Positions 28,029 through 38,097 of a stretch of DNA of 64,000 bases are shown here, piece by piece. Origin of the DNA: Bulleidia sp. (GTDB lineage: Bacteria > Bacillota_I > Bacilli_A > Erysipelotrichales > Erysipelotrichaceae). Every line of letters starts with the position of its first letter. The stretch's first letter is position 1. Where the stretch lies: the NCBI GenBank assembly GCA_034088345.1, contig JAXDWO010000004.1:5794-69793 (forward strand), written 5' to 3'. The translations under genes were made by a program, and so were the position numbers. The notes under the pieces were generated by a model. That model saw nothing but the letters and a program-made list of their open reading frames with translations, was not told where the DNA came from and made no database searches.

Positions 28029-30227
28029 CTAATTCTCACGTTCTACCGTTATTACTGAATCAACCTTCTTTAAATTGGCAATTAATGTACGAAGTTGTTC
28101 CAAATTATGAACTTGGATTGTCATTTTAATTGTTGATAATAGCGTTTCTTGATTAACCGTTGCATTAAATTTAACCATAGGTGCTTTGGATTGCGACACA
28201 GTAGTCACAATATCTGTAACCAAGAAGTTTCTATCATGTGCAAGTACAGTCAATTTACAATCATACTGTCTTTCAGTGTTTTCTTCTTCCCATTTAACCT
28301 GTATTAGTCTAGCGCCCTCAACTTTTACATTTCTACATTCAGCACGATGAACTTTAACACCATCACCTTGCGTAATATTACCCACAATATCATCGCCATA
28401 TACCGGTAAACAACATTGGGCAATACTCATTTTCATACTTTCTACACCCGGCACATAAACACCAATTTTGCTTGATGTCTTGCGTTTAGTACCATGAGTA
28501 AAAATTTTATTTAATTCTTGATCACTGATAGAACGTTTTTGATTTGTTAGTTTTTCACATACAGAAACAGGGTTAATCAATTTTGAAGCTAAACCATACA
28601 TAAAATCAACATAGTTATTTACACTGAATTGACTATATACATTTTCAAGTTTCTTTTTATCCATATAATCATCTGGATCAAAGCCACGTTTCTTTAATTC
28701 ATCAGATAATATTTTTTCACCTGCTGGTACTTTTTCCTCTTTCTTCTCTACTTCTTTCTTCATGAAGTAAGATCTGATTTTACTCTTAGCTTGATTTGTT
28801 TTAGCGAACTTCAGCCAGTCTTCACTAGGACCTGTACCTTTCATTGTTTTAATTTGAACAACATCCCCAGTACGTAAAACTGTATTTAATGGAACAATCG
28901 CATCATTAACAATCGCTCCTACCATTGTATGACCTACATCAGTATGGATTCTATAGGCAAAATCAATTGGCGTAGCACCATTTGGAAGATCAATTACTCT
29001 ACCTTTTGGTGTCATGACATAGACATTTGCTTCAAAGACATCTCTTTGTAATGTCGCCATATATTCACTGGCACTGGCATTGGTGTTTTCTCCAGTAAAA
29101 GTAGCAAAGTCTCTATACCAGGATAAACGATCTTCAATTTCCTTTTGTTCAATCTTGGCATCATAATGGCCACCTTCTTTATATCTCCAGTGTGCCGCAA
29201 CACCTCGTTCAGCGATTTCATCCATTTCTTCAGTACGAATCTGAACTTCAAATATTTTTCCTTCATCGCCAATAATTGTTGTATGAAGAGATTGATACAT
29301 GTTTGTTTTAGGAACGGCAATATAATCCTTCAATCTTCCTGGAATTGGTCTATATTTTGCATGAATATAGCCAAGAATTTCATAACAGTTTAATTTAGTC
29401 TTCGTGATAATACGTATTGCCAGTAAATCTAAAATTTCATCAAAACGTTTATGTCTTACTTCCATCTTGTGATAAATAGAATATAAATGTTTTGAGCGGC
29501 CAAAAATACGGAACTCCAGATTCTGTTCATGAAGAATTTCACTGATTTCTTTAATCATATTTTGAACAGCTGCTTCTCTTTCCGCTTTTTTTGCATCAAC
29601 AAGACGAGCAATACGATAATATTCTTCACGATTTAAATAATAAAAACTTAAATCTTCAAGTTCATTTTTAATTGCACTGATACCTAAACGATGGGCAATT
29701 GGTGCATATACATCCAATGTTTCAGCCGCAATACGTTTTTGACTGTCTTCTGGTTGAAACTCTAAAGTTCTCATATTATGCAGACGGTCAGCAAGCTTGA
29801 TTAAAATAACCCGCACATCGTTAGACATGGCAATAAATAATTTACGATGATTGGCTGCTTGATACTCTGGATCATCTTTACCATGGAACTTGATTGCCCC
29901 TACTTTTGTAACAGATTCAACCAGCTCTGCTATTTCTGGTGTAAATTCTTTTGCAAGTTCCTCTTTTGTTACAGGAGTATCTTCAATAACATCATGTAAA
30001 AACCCAGCCGCAATTGTAGAAGGACCACAATGTAACTCAGCCAAGATATAAGCTACACCTACTACATGAACAAAATATGGTTCTCCACTTTTACGTTTTT
30101 GATTTTCATGTAGTTTTTCTGCATATTCTGCTGCTTTATGGATTAAATCTAAATTTTCTTTTTTATGGATATACTCTCCACACACTCTATAAACATCATC
30201 TAAAGTAGCTTTTTCTTTATCAGACAT
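28029..30227 (-). CDS. relA: Bifunctional (p)ppGpp synthetase/hydrolase (RelA/SpoT homologue)
   Basis: 732 aa with an HD domain (HDVIEDT), a RelA_SpoT synthetase domain, and TGS and ACT C-terminal regions. Confidence 0.95.
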   Translation of the reverse strand: MSDKEKATLDDVYRVCGEYIHKKENLDLIHKAAEYAEKLHENQKRKSGEPYFVHVVGVAYILAELHCGPSTIAAGFLHDVIEDTPVTKEELAKEFTPEIAELVESVTKVGAIKFHGKDDPEYQAANHRKLFIAMSNDVRVILIKLADRLHNMRTLEFQPEDSQKRIAAETLDVYAPIAHRLGISAIKNELEDLSFYYLNREEYYRIARLVDAKKAEREAAVQNMIKEISEILHEQNLEFRIFGRSKHLYSIYHKMEVRHKRFDEILDLLAIRIITKTKLNCYEILGYIHAKYRPIPGRLKDYIAVPKTNMYQSLHTTIIGDEGKIFEVQIRTEEMDEIAERGVAAHWRYKEGGHYDAKIEQKEIEDRLSWYRDFATFTGENTNASASEYMATLQRDVFEANVYVMTPKGRVIDLPNGATPIDFAYRIHTDVGHTMVGAIVNDAIVPLNTVLRTGDVVQIKTMKGTGPSEDWLKFAKTNQAKSKIRSYFMKKEVEKKEEKVPAGEKILSDELKKRGFDPDDYMDKKKLENVYSQFSVNNYVDFMYGLASKLINPVSVCEKLTNQKRSISDQELNKIFTHGTKRKTSSKIGVYVPGVESMKMSIAQCCLPVYGDDIVGNITQGDGVKVHRAECRNVKVEGARLIQVKWEEENTERQYDCKLTVLAHDRNFLVTDIVTTVSQSKAPMVKFNATVNQETLLSTIKMTIQVHNLEQLRTLIANLKKVDSVITVEREN

Positions 30228-30247
30228 TGTGCTATCCCCCTTTCATT

Positions 30248-30288
30248 TAAAAAAAGCCGAAGTATCCCCCGCTTCGGCAACTTTTTTA
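30248..30288 (-). terminator. Terminator-like hairpin between apt and relA
   Basis: GCCGAAG-loop-CTTCGGC flanked by A- and T-runs, ending about 20 nt before the relA start. Confidence 0.6.
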
Positions 30289-30813
30289 GCAATCGGACAT
30301 TGTTAAAATGGAATAAACATCATAACCTTCTAATGTTTTTCTTCCTGGTAATCCTTCTAATTCAATAATACATGCTACACCAGCCACAACACCACCTAAT
30401 CTTTCGATTAGTTTAGCTGTTGCTTTAGCACTTCCACCTGTCGCAAGCAAGTCATCAATGATAAGAACTCTTTGACCTGGCTTAATGGAATCAACATGCA
30501 TACATAATTCGTTTGTGCCATATTCAAGTGAATATGTTTCAGAAATTGTTTCGCGTGGTAATTTTCCTGGTTTTCTAACTGGAATAAAACCAATACCTAA
30601 TTCAACAGATACTGGACAACCGAAAATAAATCCTCTTGATTCTGGACCAGCAATCATATCAGCGTTAACTTTCTTAGCAAATTCTGCTAGTAAAGTAGTT
30701 GCTTCTTTGAATGCTTCTGGATGATTTACAATTGGTGTTACATCTCTGAAGACGATTCCTTCTTTTGGAAATCCTGGAATTGATGCGATATATTTTGTTA
30801 AATCTACTGACAT
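30286..30813 (-). CDS. apt: Adenine phosphoribosyltransferase
   Basis: 175 aa with the PRPP-binding motif [13 protein letters not shown]. Confidence 0.95.
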   Translation of the reverse strand: MSVDLTKYIASIPGFPKEGIVFRDVTPIVNHPEAFKEATTLLAEFAKKVNADMIAGPESRGFIFGCPVSVELGIGFIPVRKPGKLPRETISETYSLEYGTNELCMHVDSIKPGQRVLIIDDLLATGGSAKATAKLIERLGGVVAGVACIIELEGLPGRKTLEGYDVYSILTMSDC

Positions 30814-30860
30814 AGTTAGTCTCCTTCTATGTTTATGAACTTATTTATTATACTATGAAT

Positions 30861-32450
30861 TTAGTCAATTTCTAGGCTATCTATTAATATCTGAGGTGTT
30901 TTTATTCCTCTGAAAGAGTTTATATTGAATGTTCCAACCACAAAAGAAGGTTCTTCCACTTCTTCTATTTTCTGATATTTAAATAAAACACCATCCACAT
31001 GATTCAAAAATGTGTATTTTGTTACTTTCTCATAATTTATTTTTTTGACAATTTCAGGCTGTTTTAATGCAAATTCAAGTTTACCTATTTCTTTTGGTAC
31101 AGGTTTTAAATGATTTAAATCTTCTATCGCCTCAACTGTAATATTTAAGGGATTAACTAAGATTGTATCTTGTTTTGCTTCTTTTGGTTCTAAATGTAAA
31201 GAAACATATTTAGAGATAATTTTGTTTTTAAAATTTTCTAAATCTTCCTTTTGAATACTTAAACCAACGGCCATTTCATGACCGCCAAATTGTGTTAATT
31301 CTTCAAAATCTTTAAAAAATTCAAACATATTAAAGCCTGGAATACTTCTGCCACTACCTTTAATGCTGTCTTCACTTTTTGTTAATATCACACATGGCTT
31401 AGCATAACTATTTGCGATTTTTCCTGCCACAAGTCCAGCAATACCTTCTTCAAAACGATCATCATATAAAACTAGTATTGGTGAATCATCTATCATTTCT
31501 TCAGCTTTCTGTACCATTAAAGTAGATTGTTTTTTTCTTGATTCATTTACTTTATTTAATGCAGCACTGTAAGAAGAAATAGATTTCAAGTTGTTTGATA
31601 ATAAAAATGGAACTAATGTGTTTACATTAGAATTATCTTTCATTCTTGCAATGCTGTTTAACTTAGGCACAACTTGAAATGCTAAGGCAGTTTCATCTAT
31701 TTCTATATCTTTTCTTAATAGTGATGAAACTGATGGCAAGACTCCTTTTTGGATGAGTTTAATACCCTTCTGGATAATAATTCTTGTTTCTAACCAGTAT
31801 GGCATAACATCACCAATTAAAGCTATTGCAGCTAAAGCAATATGTGTTTCATTTTCACCGATCAAATTTAATGCCAATTCTAAAGCTACACCTGCACCTG
31901 ATAAATACTTAAATCTTTCTTCCATATAAAGAGGATGAACAACAATATCTGCAGGTACTTCTTCATCAATCTGGTGATGATCTGTAACGATAATATCTAT
32001 CCCAAGTTCTTTTGCTTTTCGAATCGCATCAAAGGCTTTAACACCATTATCTACCGTAATAATCAAGCTGTATCCTTTTGCATGAGCAAGTTCAACAGTA
32101 TGACTTGATAACCCATAGCCTTCTTTAAAGCGGTCTGGAATATAATAGCCATTCTCTATTTGTAATTTATCTAACACATCTTTCATGATAGCCGTGGAAC
32201 ATATGCCATCTGTATCATAGTCACCACCAACAAATACTTTTTCGTGATTTTCTTTTGCCTGTAATATTCTTTTGCAGGCTTCTTTTACGCACTTTGCATT
32301 ACTTTTTGTCAAAGTATCACTATGTGTTAATAATTCTTGAATCTGACTGTCATTTAAATTTGCTTTCGTTAATACTTTTGCAACAAGAGAAGAAAGATGA
32401 TATTTTGAAGCAATTTCTTGTTCATTGATATCTAATATTTGATACTTCAC
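30861..32450 (-). CDS. recJ: Single-stranded-DNA-specific exonuclease RecJ (short form)
   Basis: 529 aa with DHH family motifs (GDYDTDG, TDHH) and a DHHA1 region. The GTG start overlaps the murD stop by 1 nt. Confidence 0.8.
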   Translation of the reverse strand: MKYQILDINEQEIASKYHLSSLVAKVLTKANLNDSQIQELLTHSDTLTKSNAKCVKEACKRILQAKENHEKVFVGGDYDTDGICSTAIMKDVLDKLQIENGYYIPDRFKEGYGLSSHTVELAHAKGYSLIITVDNGVKAFDAIRKAKELGIDIIVTDHHQIDEEVPADIVVHPLYMEERFKYLSGAGVALELALNLIGENETHIALAAIALIGDVMPYWLETRIIIQKGIKLIQKGVLPSVSSLLRKDIEIDETALAFQVVPKLNSIARMKDNSNVNTLVPFLLSNNLKSISSYSAALNKVNESRKKQSTLMVQKAEEMIDDSPILVLYDDRFEEGIAGLVAGKIANSYAKPCVILTKSEDSIKGSGRSIPGFNMFEFFKDFEELTQFGGHEMAVGLSIQKEDLENFKNKIISKYVSLHLEPKEAKQDTILVNPLNITVEAIEDLNHLKPVPKEIGKLEFALKQPEIVKKINYEKVTKYTFLNHVDGVLFKYQKIEEVEEPSFVVGTFNINSFRGIKTPQILIDSLEID

Positions 32451-33739
32451 TATTCTGCTACCAACTTTCTAAAATAATCACCACGTACTTCAAAGTTTTT
32501 AAAATGGTCATAGGAAGAAGCTGCTGGTGATAATAAACAAACGGAGTCTTTTTTTGCAATCTTTTTGGCTAAAGCTGTTGCTTCATCAAGATTTTCCACT
32601 TCATACAATCCTTCTCTAACAAGACCTTTTTCTTTCATTTCCTGATGTATTCTTTTTCCTGTAGCATACATAAAGATAACTTGAAGATCCTTTTTTGCAT
32701 ATAAAGTTTCTTCCAATTTATCGTAAACAATTCCTCTATCATTTCCACCTATTAAAATAACTGAAGTTTCAGGATATGTTTCTAGTGCTTTTATTGCTGT
32801 TTCGCCAATTGTTGAAATAGAGTCATTGATATATGTAACAGAGTTAAATGTACCAATATTTTCTAAACGATGTTTTAAAGGAACAAATTCTTTAACTGCT
32901 TCTAAATAATTTTCATCACTTACCTGATATAAATTAGCTATTTCATAAGCTACAGCCAGGTTTTGATAATTGTGTTCACCATGTAATGCACAATCTTTAA
33001 TTTCAATCTCTTTATTAGCAGCATGTACTGTATGATTCACAGCATAAATATCTTCCCCAATAATTAACTTGTTTTCTCTATCAGCTCTATCTTTAATCGC
33101 TTCGCCGATAATTAAAATATCACCTTCATTTTGATGCTTGAATATTTGATCTTTAGCTTTACCATATTTTTCTAAAGTACCATAATGATCCAGATGTTCA
33201 TCAAATAAATTGATATAAACTGCAACATGAGGAGAATAAGTAGAAAACTCCAATTGATGACAAGATATTTCAAAGACAATCAAAGCATCTTCTGTCAAAT
33301 CTTCAATAATATCAAAACATGCTTTACCAATATTACCAACTAAAAATGTAGTGTACTTTGTTTTTAGAACACTTGCAATAAGTGAAGAAGTTGTACTTTT
33401 ACCTTTAGTGCCGGTAATACCAATTGTTTGTTTTTTATAGTGCTTTAAAAATAGAGGTGCCTGTCCGGTAATCTTACTTTTATCAATATCTTCACTAACA
33501 ACAATACCTGGGGCTTTTAAAATTAAATCATATTCATTAAAGTTTGTTTCTGACTCATCTAAAAGTATTGTATTTACAGTATCAGTAATTGCATCTTTCT
33601 TTTTATCAGCGATTGTGATTGTTTGTTCTGGTAATAAAGAACGAATAAAACGATAAGAAGACTTACCTTCCATACCATATCCCCAGATTAATATATTTTT
33701 ATCTTTAAATTCACGTATCCAAGCTTCTTTATCTAACAT
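32450..33739 (-). CDS. murD: MurD-type UDP-N-acetylmuramoyl-L-alanine--glutamate ligase
   Basis: 429 aa with a Mur ligase P-loop (GITGTKGKSTT) and the MurD-like C-terminus LSPAASSYDHFKNFEVRGDYF. Overlaps the upstream PP-loop gene by 7 nt. Confidence 0.8.
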   Translation of the reverse strand: MLDKEAWIREFKDKNILIWGYGMEGKSSYRFIRSLLPEQTITIADKKKDAITDTVNTILLDESETNFNEYDLILKAPGIVVSEDIDKSKITGQAPLFLKHYKKQTIGITGTKGKSTTSSLIASVLKTKYTTFLVGNIGKACFDIIEDLTEDALIVFEISCHQLEFSTYSPHVAVYINLFDEHLDHYGTLEKYGKAKDQIFKHQNEGDILIIGEAIKDRADRENKLIIGEDIYAVNHTVHAANKEIEIKDCALHGEHNYQNLAVAYEIANLYQVSDENYLEAVKEFVPLKHRLENIGTFNSVTYINDSISTIGETAIKALETYPETSVILIGGNDRGIVYDKLEETLYAKKDLQVIFMYATGKRIHQEMKEKGLVREGLYEVENLDEATALAKKIAKKDSVCLLSPAASSYDHFKNFEVRGDYFRKLVAE

Positions 33740-35106
33740 TTTGCTATTCCTCTTATCTTTTTATGTATTAAAGTTTGATATTCTTCAGGAACTAAATTTT
33801 CTTTATTCCACATATTTACATCTAACTGTGCATCTTTATAGTATGCATAGAAAGAACTCTCTTTATATTTTTTATACAAATATGGACATTCTTTATTTTC
33901 TTTTATATGTCTAGCAATACACATACTTGTAGCGATATTTACTTCATCACGTGTACCAACACATTCAAATGGTTTATTGACAGAGATACCTGTTAACTGT
34001 TCAAATAATGATTCTAATTCAGGATCGTTTAGAATACCTTTTCCAAATATATGTTCAATTTCTTCATCACTGATAAAAGCACTTAACATAATCGCTACAA
34101 ATAGACATTTTGCGCATTTTCCGCACCACTTTTCTTCTTTACTGCCTACATTACAGCTTCTAAATACACTGTGATATGCTTTTAGGCTTGAAAAAATATA
34201 GGTAATTTGTAATTCACTTAATGGTCTTAATAGTGAAAAATAATGAATTTTATCAGTAATATAATGGTCCATATAGAACTTGAAATCTTCTTCAAATTCA
34301 AATGTTTTACTGTATTGATGATTTACCTTGCTGCCTTTAATTGTTGATTCGTTGGCACTTGCTTCATTAGATAAACAAATATATTCTTTTTCATACACAA
34401 TAGAAGTAATAACAGACGCAAAAGCTGCCATTGCTGAAAAAGGTGTATGTCCATTGAGATAACCCTGTTTATTAAGTTCAAGCATCCTTGAATCAAGCGT
34501 TCTGATAGGATTAATTAAATATTCCCCTGTATATCCAGCAGCTTCAGCACTATGAACAGCACTCATGACTTTATTGATAACAAACGCATGATTATCTTTT
34601 TTCATTTCTTCCAAAATTGAAAGACTGACAAAAGAATCTTTTCCACCTCCTACTGGTATTAAATTTCCATGATACTTTCCTGTATCTTCTTCTCCAGTTA
34701 TCGCTTTACCACTAGTAGTCATATCCATAAAAGATTCAATATCTGTTTCAATATGGTTGATATAGAAAAATTCTCCTAAACCATTGAAATACAACTTCTT
34801 CCACCATTTCTTTTGAATGTCATCTAATGCTCCACATTCAATATGAACATGAGGAGCACATGTAATTTTCCAATAGCTGATTAGTTCTACTAAACCTAAT
34901 GAAAAAGCAGCTTCTTTAAATACTTTTAAATTTGAAACATTTCTCGTGTTAACTTTTTTTAAAGTAAAAGTAGGATTAAAGAAAGATAATCCTTTGATTT
35001 CAAATGTATAAATAATCTTAACTTCATAATCATCTTCTTGAATTTCATAATCATGATAGTAAAAATCAAGATATTTATCTCTAAGTTCAATATATTCCAT
35101 ACTCAC
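33733..35106 (-). CDS. PP-loop ATP-pyrophosphatase-like protein with a Cys-rich motif; candidate MurL-type epimerase
   Basis: 457 aa. GGGKDS at residues 153-158 (34633-34650). Motif C-x9-CGKCAKC at residues 318-334 (34105-34155). Translationally coupled to the MurD-like gene. Confidence 0.45.
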   Translation of the reverse strand: MSMEYIELRDKYLDFYYHDYEIQEDDYEVKIIYTFEIKGLSFFNPTFTLKKVNTRNVSNLKVFKEAAFSLGLVELISYWKITCAPHVHIECGALDDIQKKWWKKLYFNGLGEFFYINHIETDIESFMDMTTSGKAITGEEDTGKYHGNLIPVGGGKDSFVSLSILEEMKKDNHAFVINKVMSAVHSAEAAGYTGEYLINPIRTLDSRMLELNKQGYLNGHTPFSAMAAFASVITSIVYEKEYICLSNEASANESTIKGSKVNHQYSKTFEFEEDFKFYMDHYITDKIHYFSLLRPLSELQITYIFSSLKAYHSVFRSCNVGSKEEKWCGKCAKCLFVAIMLSAFISDEEIEHIFGKGILNDPELESLFEQLTGISVNKPFECVGTRDEVNIATSMCIARHIKENKECPYLYKKYKESSFYAYYKDAQLDVNMWNKENLVPEEYQTLIHKKIRGIAKC

Positions 35107-35112
35107 CTTCTG

Positions 35113-35760
35113 CTATTTAAAGCTTTCTAATAATGGGATAATTTCATCCATGGAATCTTTTTCAAATTCCAGCATATCCTTTAATTCATCATCCGGTTTA
35201 ATCGTATCAAAAATAAAACAATGATGCATATGTGCCTTTGTGGCAGCGATAATACCATTTTTAGAATCTTCTACAACTAATATATTTTCTGGTTTGATAT
35301 TTAAAATATTTGCAGCTGTCAAAAAGATTTCAGGACTTGGTTTCTTTTCTTTTACCTTATCCCCACAAATCATAACATCATATGGTAAGTCAATCGAAAC
35401 ATCAGTTAATAATGTCTTAACATAAGCTTCAGGACTGCTTGAACAAATACCAATTTTATACCCATTATCTTTTAAATAAGTAAATAACTCTATTAGTCCT
35501 TTTTTATTTAAACAGTCTTTATTGATACTTCCCCAGAAATCACAATCCATTCTTTTTTTCATCATGTCTTTAACATATTGTTCAAATCCAGGAATTTCAT
35601 AAAACTGATTAAATGATCCACCGCCTGTTATCTTAAGGAAAAAATCATCTGGTAAAGTAATACCATATTTAACAGCTGTTTCCTGCCACATTCTTTGTGA
35701 AACAATTTCTGTATCAAACATTGTGCCATCACAATCAAATAGTACTGCTTTAATATCCAT
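35113..35760 (-). CDS. HAD-IA family phosphatase (beta-phosphoglucomutase/sugar-phosphatase-like)
   Basis: 215 aa with motif I LFDCDGTMFDTE, a cap domain, and motif IV VEDSKNG. Confidence 0.75.
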   Translation of the reverse strand: MDIKAVLFDCDGTMFDTEIVSQRMWQETAVKYGITLPDDFFLKITGGGSFNQFYEIPGFEQYVKDMMKKRMDCDFWGSINKDCLNKKGLIELFTYLKDNGYKIGICSSSPEAYVKTLLTDVSIDLPYDVMICGDKVKEKKPSPEIFLTAANILNIKPENILVVEDSKNGIIAATKAHMHHCFIFDTIKPDDELKDMLEFEKDSMDEIIPLLESFK

Positions 35761-35773
35761 AATCTTCTCTCCT

Positions 35774-35798
35774 AAAAAAGTAGCGGTTGCCCGCTACT
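35774..35798 (-). terminator. Terminator downstream of secDF
   Basis: AGTAGCGG-TTGC-CCGCTACT hairpin followed on the minus strand by TTTTTT, then immediately the AGGAGAG RBS of the HAD gene. Confidence 0.65.
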
Positions 35799-35801
35799 TA
35801 A

Positions 35802-38093
35802 TTATGCATTAATTCCTTTAATTGTATACTCATCAAGAGCTTCTTTTTTCTGTTTTTTCGCTTTTTTAGGTTTAGGTGTGTAGTGTGTACGAATATATGT
35901 CCAAATATAAGGCATTAAGAACATAGAAGATAATGTACCAGCAATTAAACCTACGAACATTGCGAATGTAAATGTAAAGATAGAATGTGAACCAGCAATT
36001 AATAACAAGATAACTGGTAATACTGTTGAGATAAAGCTGAATAATGACATACGGAATGTATTATTTAAAGCTTCATTAGCAATAGTCTTGTACTCTGTCT
36101 TAGAAATGTTACCTTTACGGTTAGAAACTGTTTCTTTAATACGATCGCATACAACGATAGAGTTGTTGATTGAATAACCGATAATTGTTAGTAATACAGA
36201 AATAAGTTCAGTATTAACTTCAAAACGGAAAATTGCAAATATAGATAATGTAATTAATACGTCATGAATTAAAGCTACTAAGCAACTTAGAGCATAATCA
36301 ACTTTATACCTAAAGGCGATATATAGTAACATAGCAACCCATGCAACTAATGTTAAGATAACAGCATTTCTTACTAATTCTTTACCAACTACTGGTGTAA
36401 CAACGTTATCACCTGGTTCAATACCATAAGCTTCTGTAAATGTTGTTTTAATTTCATCCAGTTGCTCAACTGTAAGAGAATCTTTTGTTGTTGCATAAAC
36501 TGTTGTTTCACCTGATTCTTGATATTTGAAGTGGTCAAATCCCATAGATTTCATTTTTTCTTCAACTTCTTCATTTGTAATTGGTGATTCAGAAGTAATT
36601 GTTAGTTTTGTACCACTTGAGAAATCAATACCTAAGTTCATAAAACCATTCTTATTAGCTGAATTAAATATTCCAGAACCAATTGCTACAACAAAGATAA
36701 TAATAGCAGCTGTAATCATTTTCTTAGAATAAGACAAGAAATCAATTTTCTTGAAACCAAAATAGAATTGTTTTTCACCTTTGTTTACATCCGGAATTTG
36801 TTCTTTCTTAACACCAAACCATTGTGGTTTATTATCACATAAGCCTGTCTTAGCTAATAAATTTAGTAAGAATCTAGATAATGCAACGTTAACAACAAGT
36901 GTCATTACAACAGTAACGATTAACATTGTCGCAAATCCTTTTACTGAACCATTACCCCATACATACATAATTAAACCAGCAAGTAATGTTGTAAATTGAG
37001 CATCAAAGATAGTAACGAAAGATGTTTTTTGACCTTGTGCAATAGATGATTGAACACTGTGGCCTTTATATAATTCTTGACGGATTCTTTCATAAGTAAT
37101 GATATTGGCATCTACGGTCATACCAACTCCTAATACTAACGCCGCAATACCAGGAAGAGTAAATACAGCACCAATTAGAGCATAGATTCCAAAGATTGCC
37201 CATAAGTAAGCAATTAACATAATACTAGCTAGTACACCTGGTACACGATATTCAAAAATCATTAATGCCATAACTAGTAATACACCAATTAAACCAGCCA
37301 TAGCTGTTTTAGCTAAAGCATCTTTACCAAATTCAGCAGAAACAACATTTGAACTGATTTCGGTTAATTTAACTGGTAATGAACCAGAATTAATTAAGTT
37401 AGCTAAAGTTCTAGCTTCTTCATCTGTAAAGTTACCTGAGATAATGCAATCACCTGTAATAGTTGAAGTTACGCTTGCTGCAGAAATATATTTAGGTTCT
37501 TGACCAGCAGCTGCCTTTTGTCTTTCAGCTGTATAAGAATCGCCGTCTTCATAGTCAAGCCAGATAACCATTACATTCTTACCACTTGAAGAACCTTTAG
37601 AAGCGATAGAAGAAGTAATTTCACCAAACTTTTTACCATCAGCAATCTTTAAGGAAACTACCGGTTTACCATCCTGGTAACCTAAAGAAGCTCCTCCTTC
37701 AGCAATAATAGATGCATCACTTAGTTCATTATCATCTATATCTCTGAATGTAAGATTAGCTGTTGTGCCTAACATCTTACGGGCACTTTCTTGATCTGCT
37801 ACACCAGCTAACTGTACACGTATTCTGTTATCTCCTTCAACTGTAAGCTGTGGTTCATTTACACCAAGAACGTCAATTCTCTTTGTAATACTGTTAACTA
37901 CAGCTGACATATCCACTTTCTGACCTTCATTTAAAGGATCAATTTGATATAAGATTTCAAATCCACCTTGTAAATCCAGGCCTAAATTCAAATTAGATTT
38001 AATTGTATTAAATGTTGAAGCAATTAATACAATTAAAATCGCACAGACTGCAATTATTTTTGACAGTCCATGTTTATTGTTCTTCTTTTCCAT
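35802..38093 (-). CDS. secDF: Protein translocase subunit SecDF (fused)
   Basis: About 763 aa with 12 TM segments and fused SecD and SecF halves. ATG at 38093 is preceded by GGAGGAG; the track start is a TTG lying within that RBS. Confidence 0.9.
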   Translation of the reverse strand: MEKKNNKHGLSKIIAVCAILIVLIASTFNTIKSNLNLGLDLQGGFEILYQIDPLNEGQKVDMSAVVNSITKRIDVLGVNEPQLTVEGDNRIRVQLAGVADQESARKMLGTTANLTFRDIDDNELSDASIIAEGGASLGYQDGKPVVSLKIADGKKFGEITSSIASKGSSSGKNVMVIWLDYEDGDSYTAERQKAAAGQEPKYISAASVTSTITGDCIISGNFTDEEARTLANLINSGSLPVKLTEISSNVVSAEFGKDALAKTAMAGLIGVLLVMALMIFEYRVPGVLASIMLIAYLWAIFGIYALIGAVFTLPGIAALVLGVGMTVDANIITYERIRQELYKGHSVQSSIAQGQKTSFVTIFDAQFTTLLAGLIMYVWGNGSVKGFATMLIVTVVMTLVVNVALSRFLLNLLAKTGLCDNKPQWFGVKKEQIPDVNKGEKQFYFGFKKIDFLSYSKKMITAAIIIFVVAIGSGIFNSANKNGFMNLGIDFSSGTKLTITSESPITNEEVEEKMKSMGFDHFKYQESGETTVYATTKDSLTVEQLDEIKTTFTEAYGIEPGDNVVTPVVGKELVRNAVILTLVAWVAMLLYIAFRYKVDYALSCLVALIHDVLITLSIFAIFRFEVNTELISVLLTIIGYSINNSIVVCDRIKETVSNRKGNISKTEYKTIANEALNNTFRMSLFSFISTVLPVILLLIAGSHSIFTFTFAMFVGLIAGTLSSMFLMPYIWTYIRTHYTPKPKKAKKQKKEALDEYTIKGINA

Positions 38094-38097
38094 GAAA

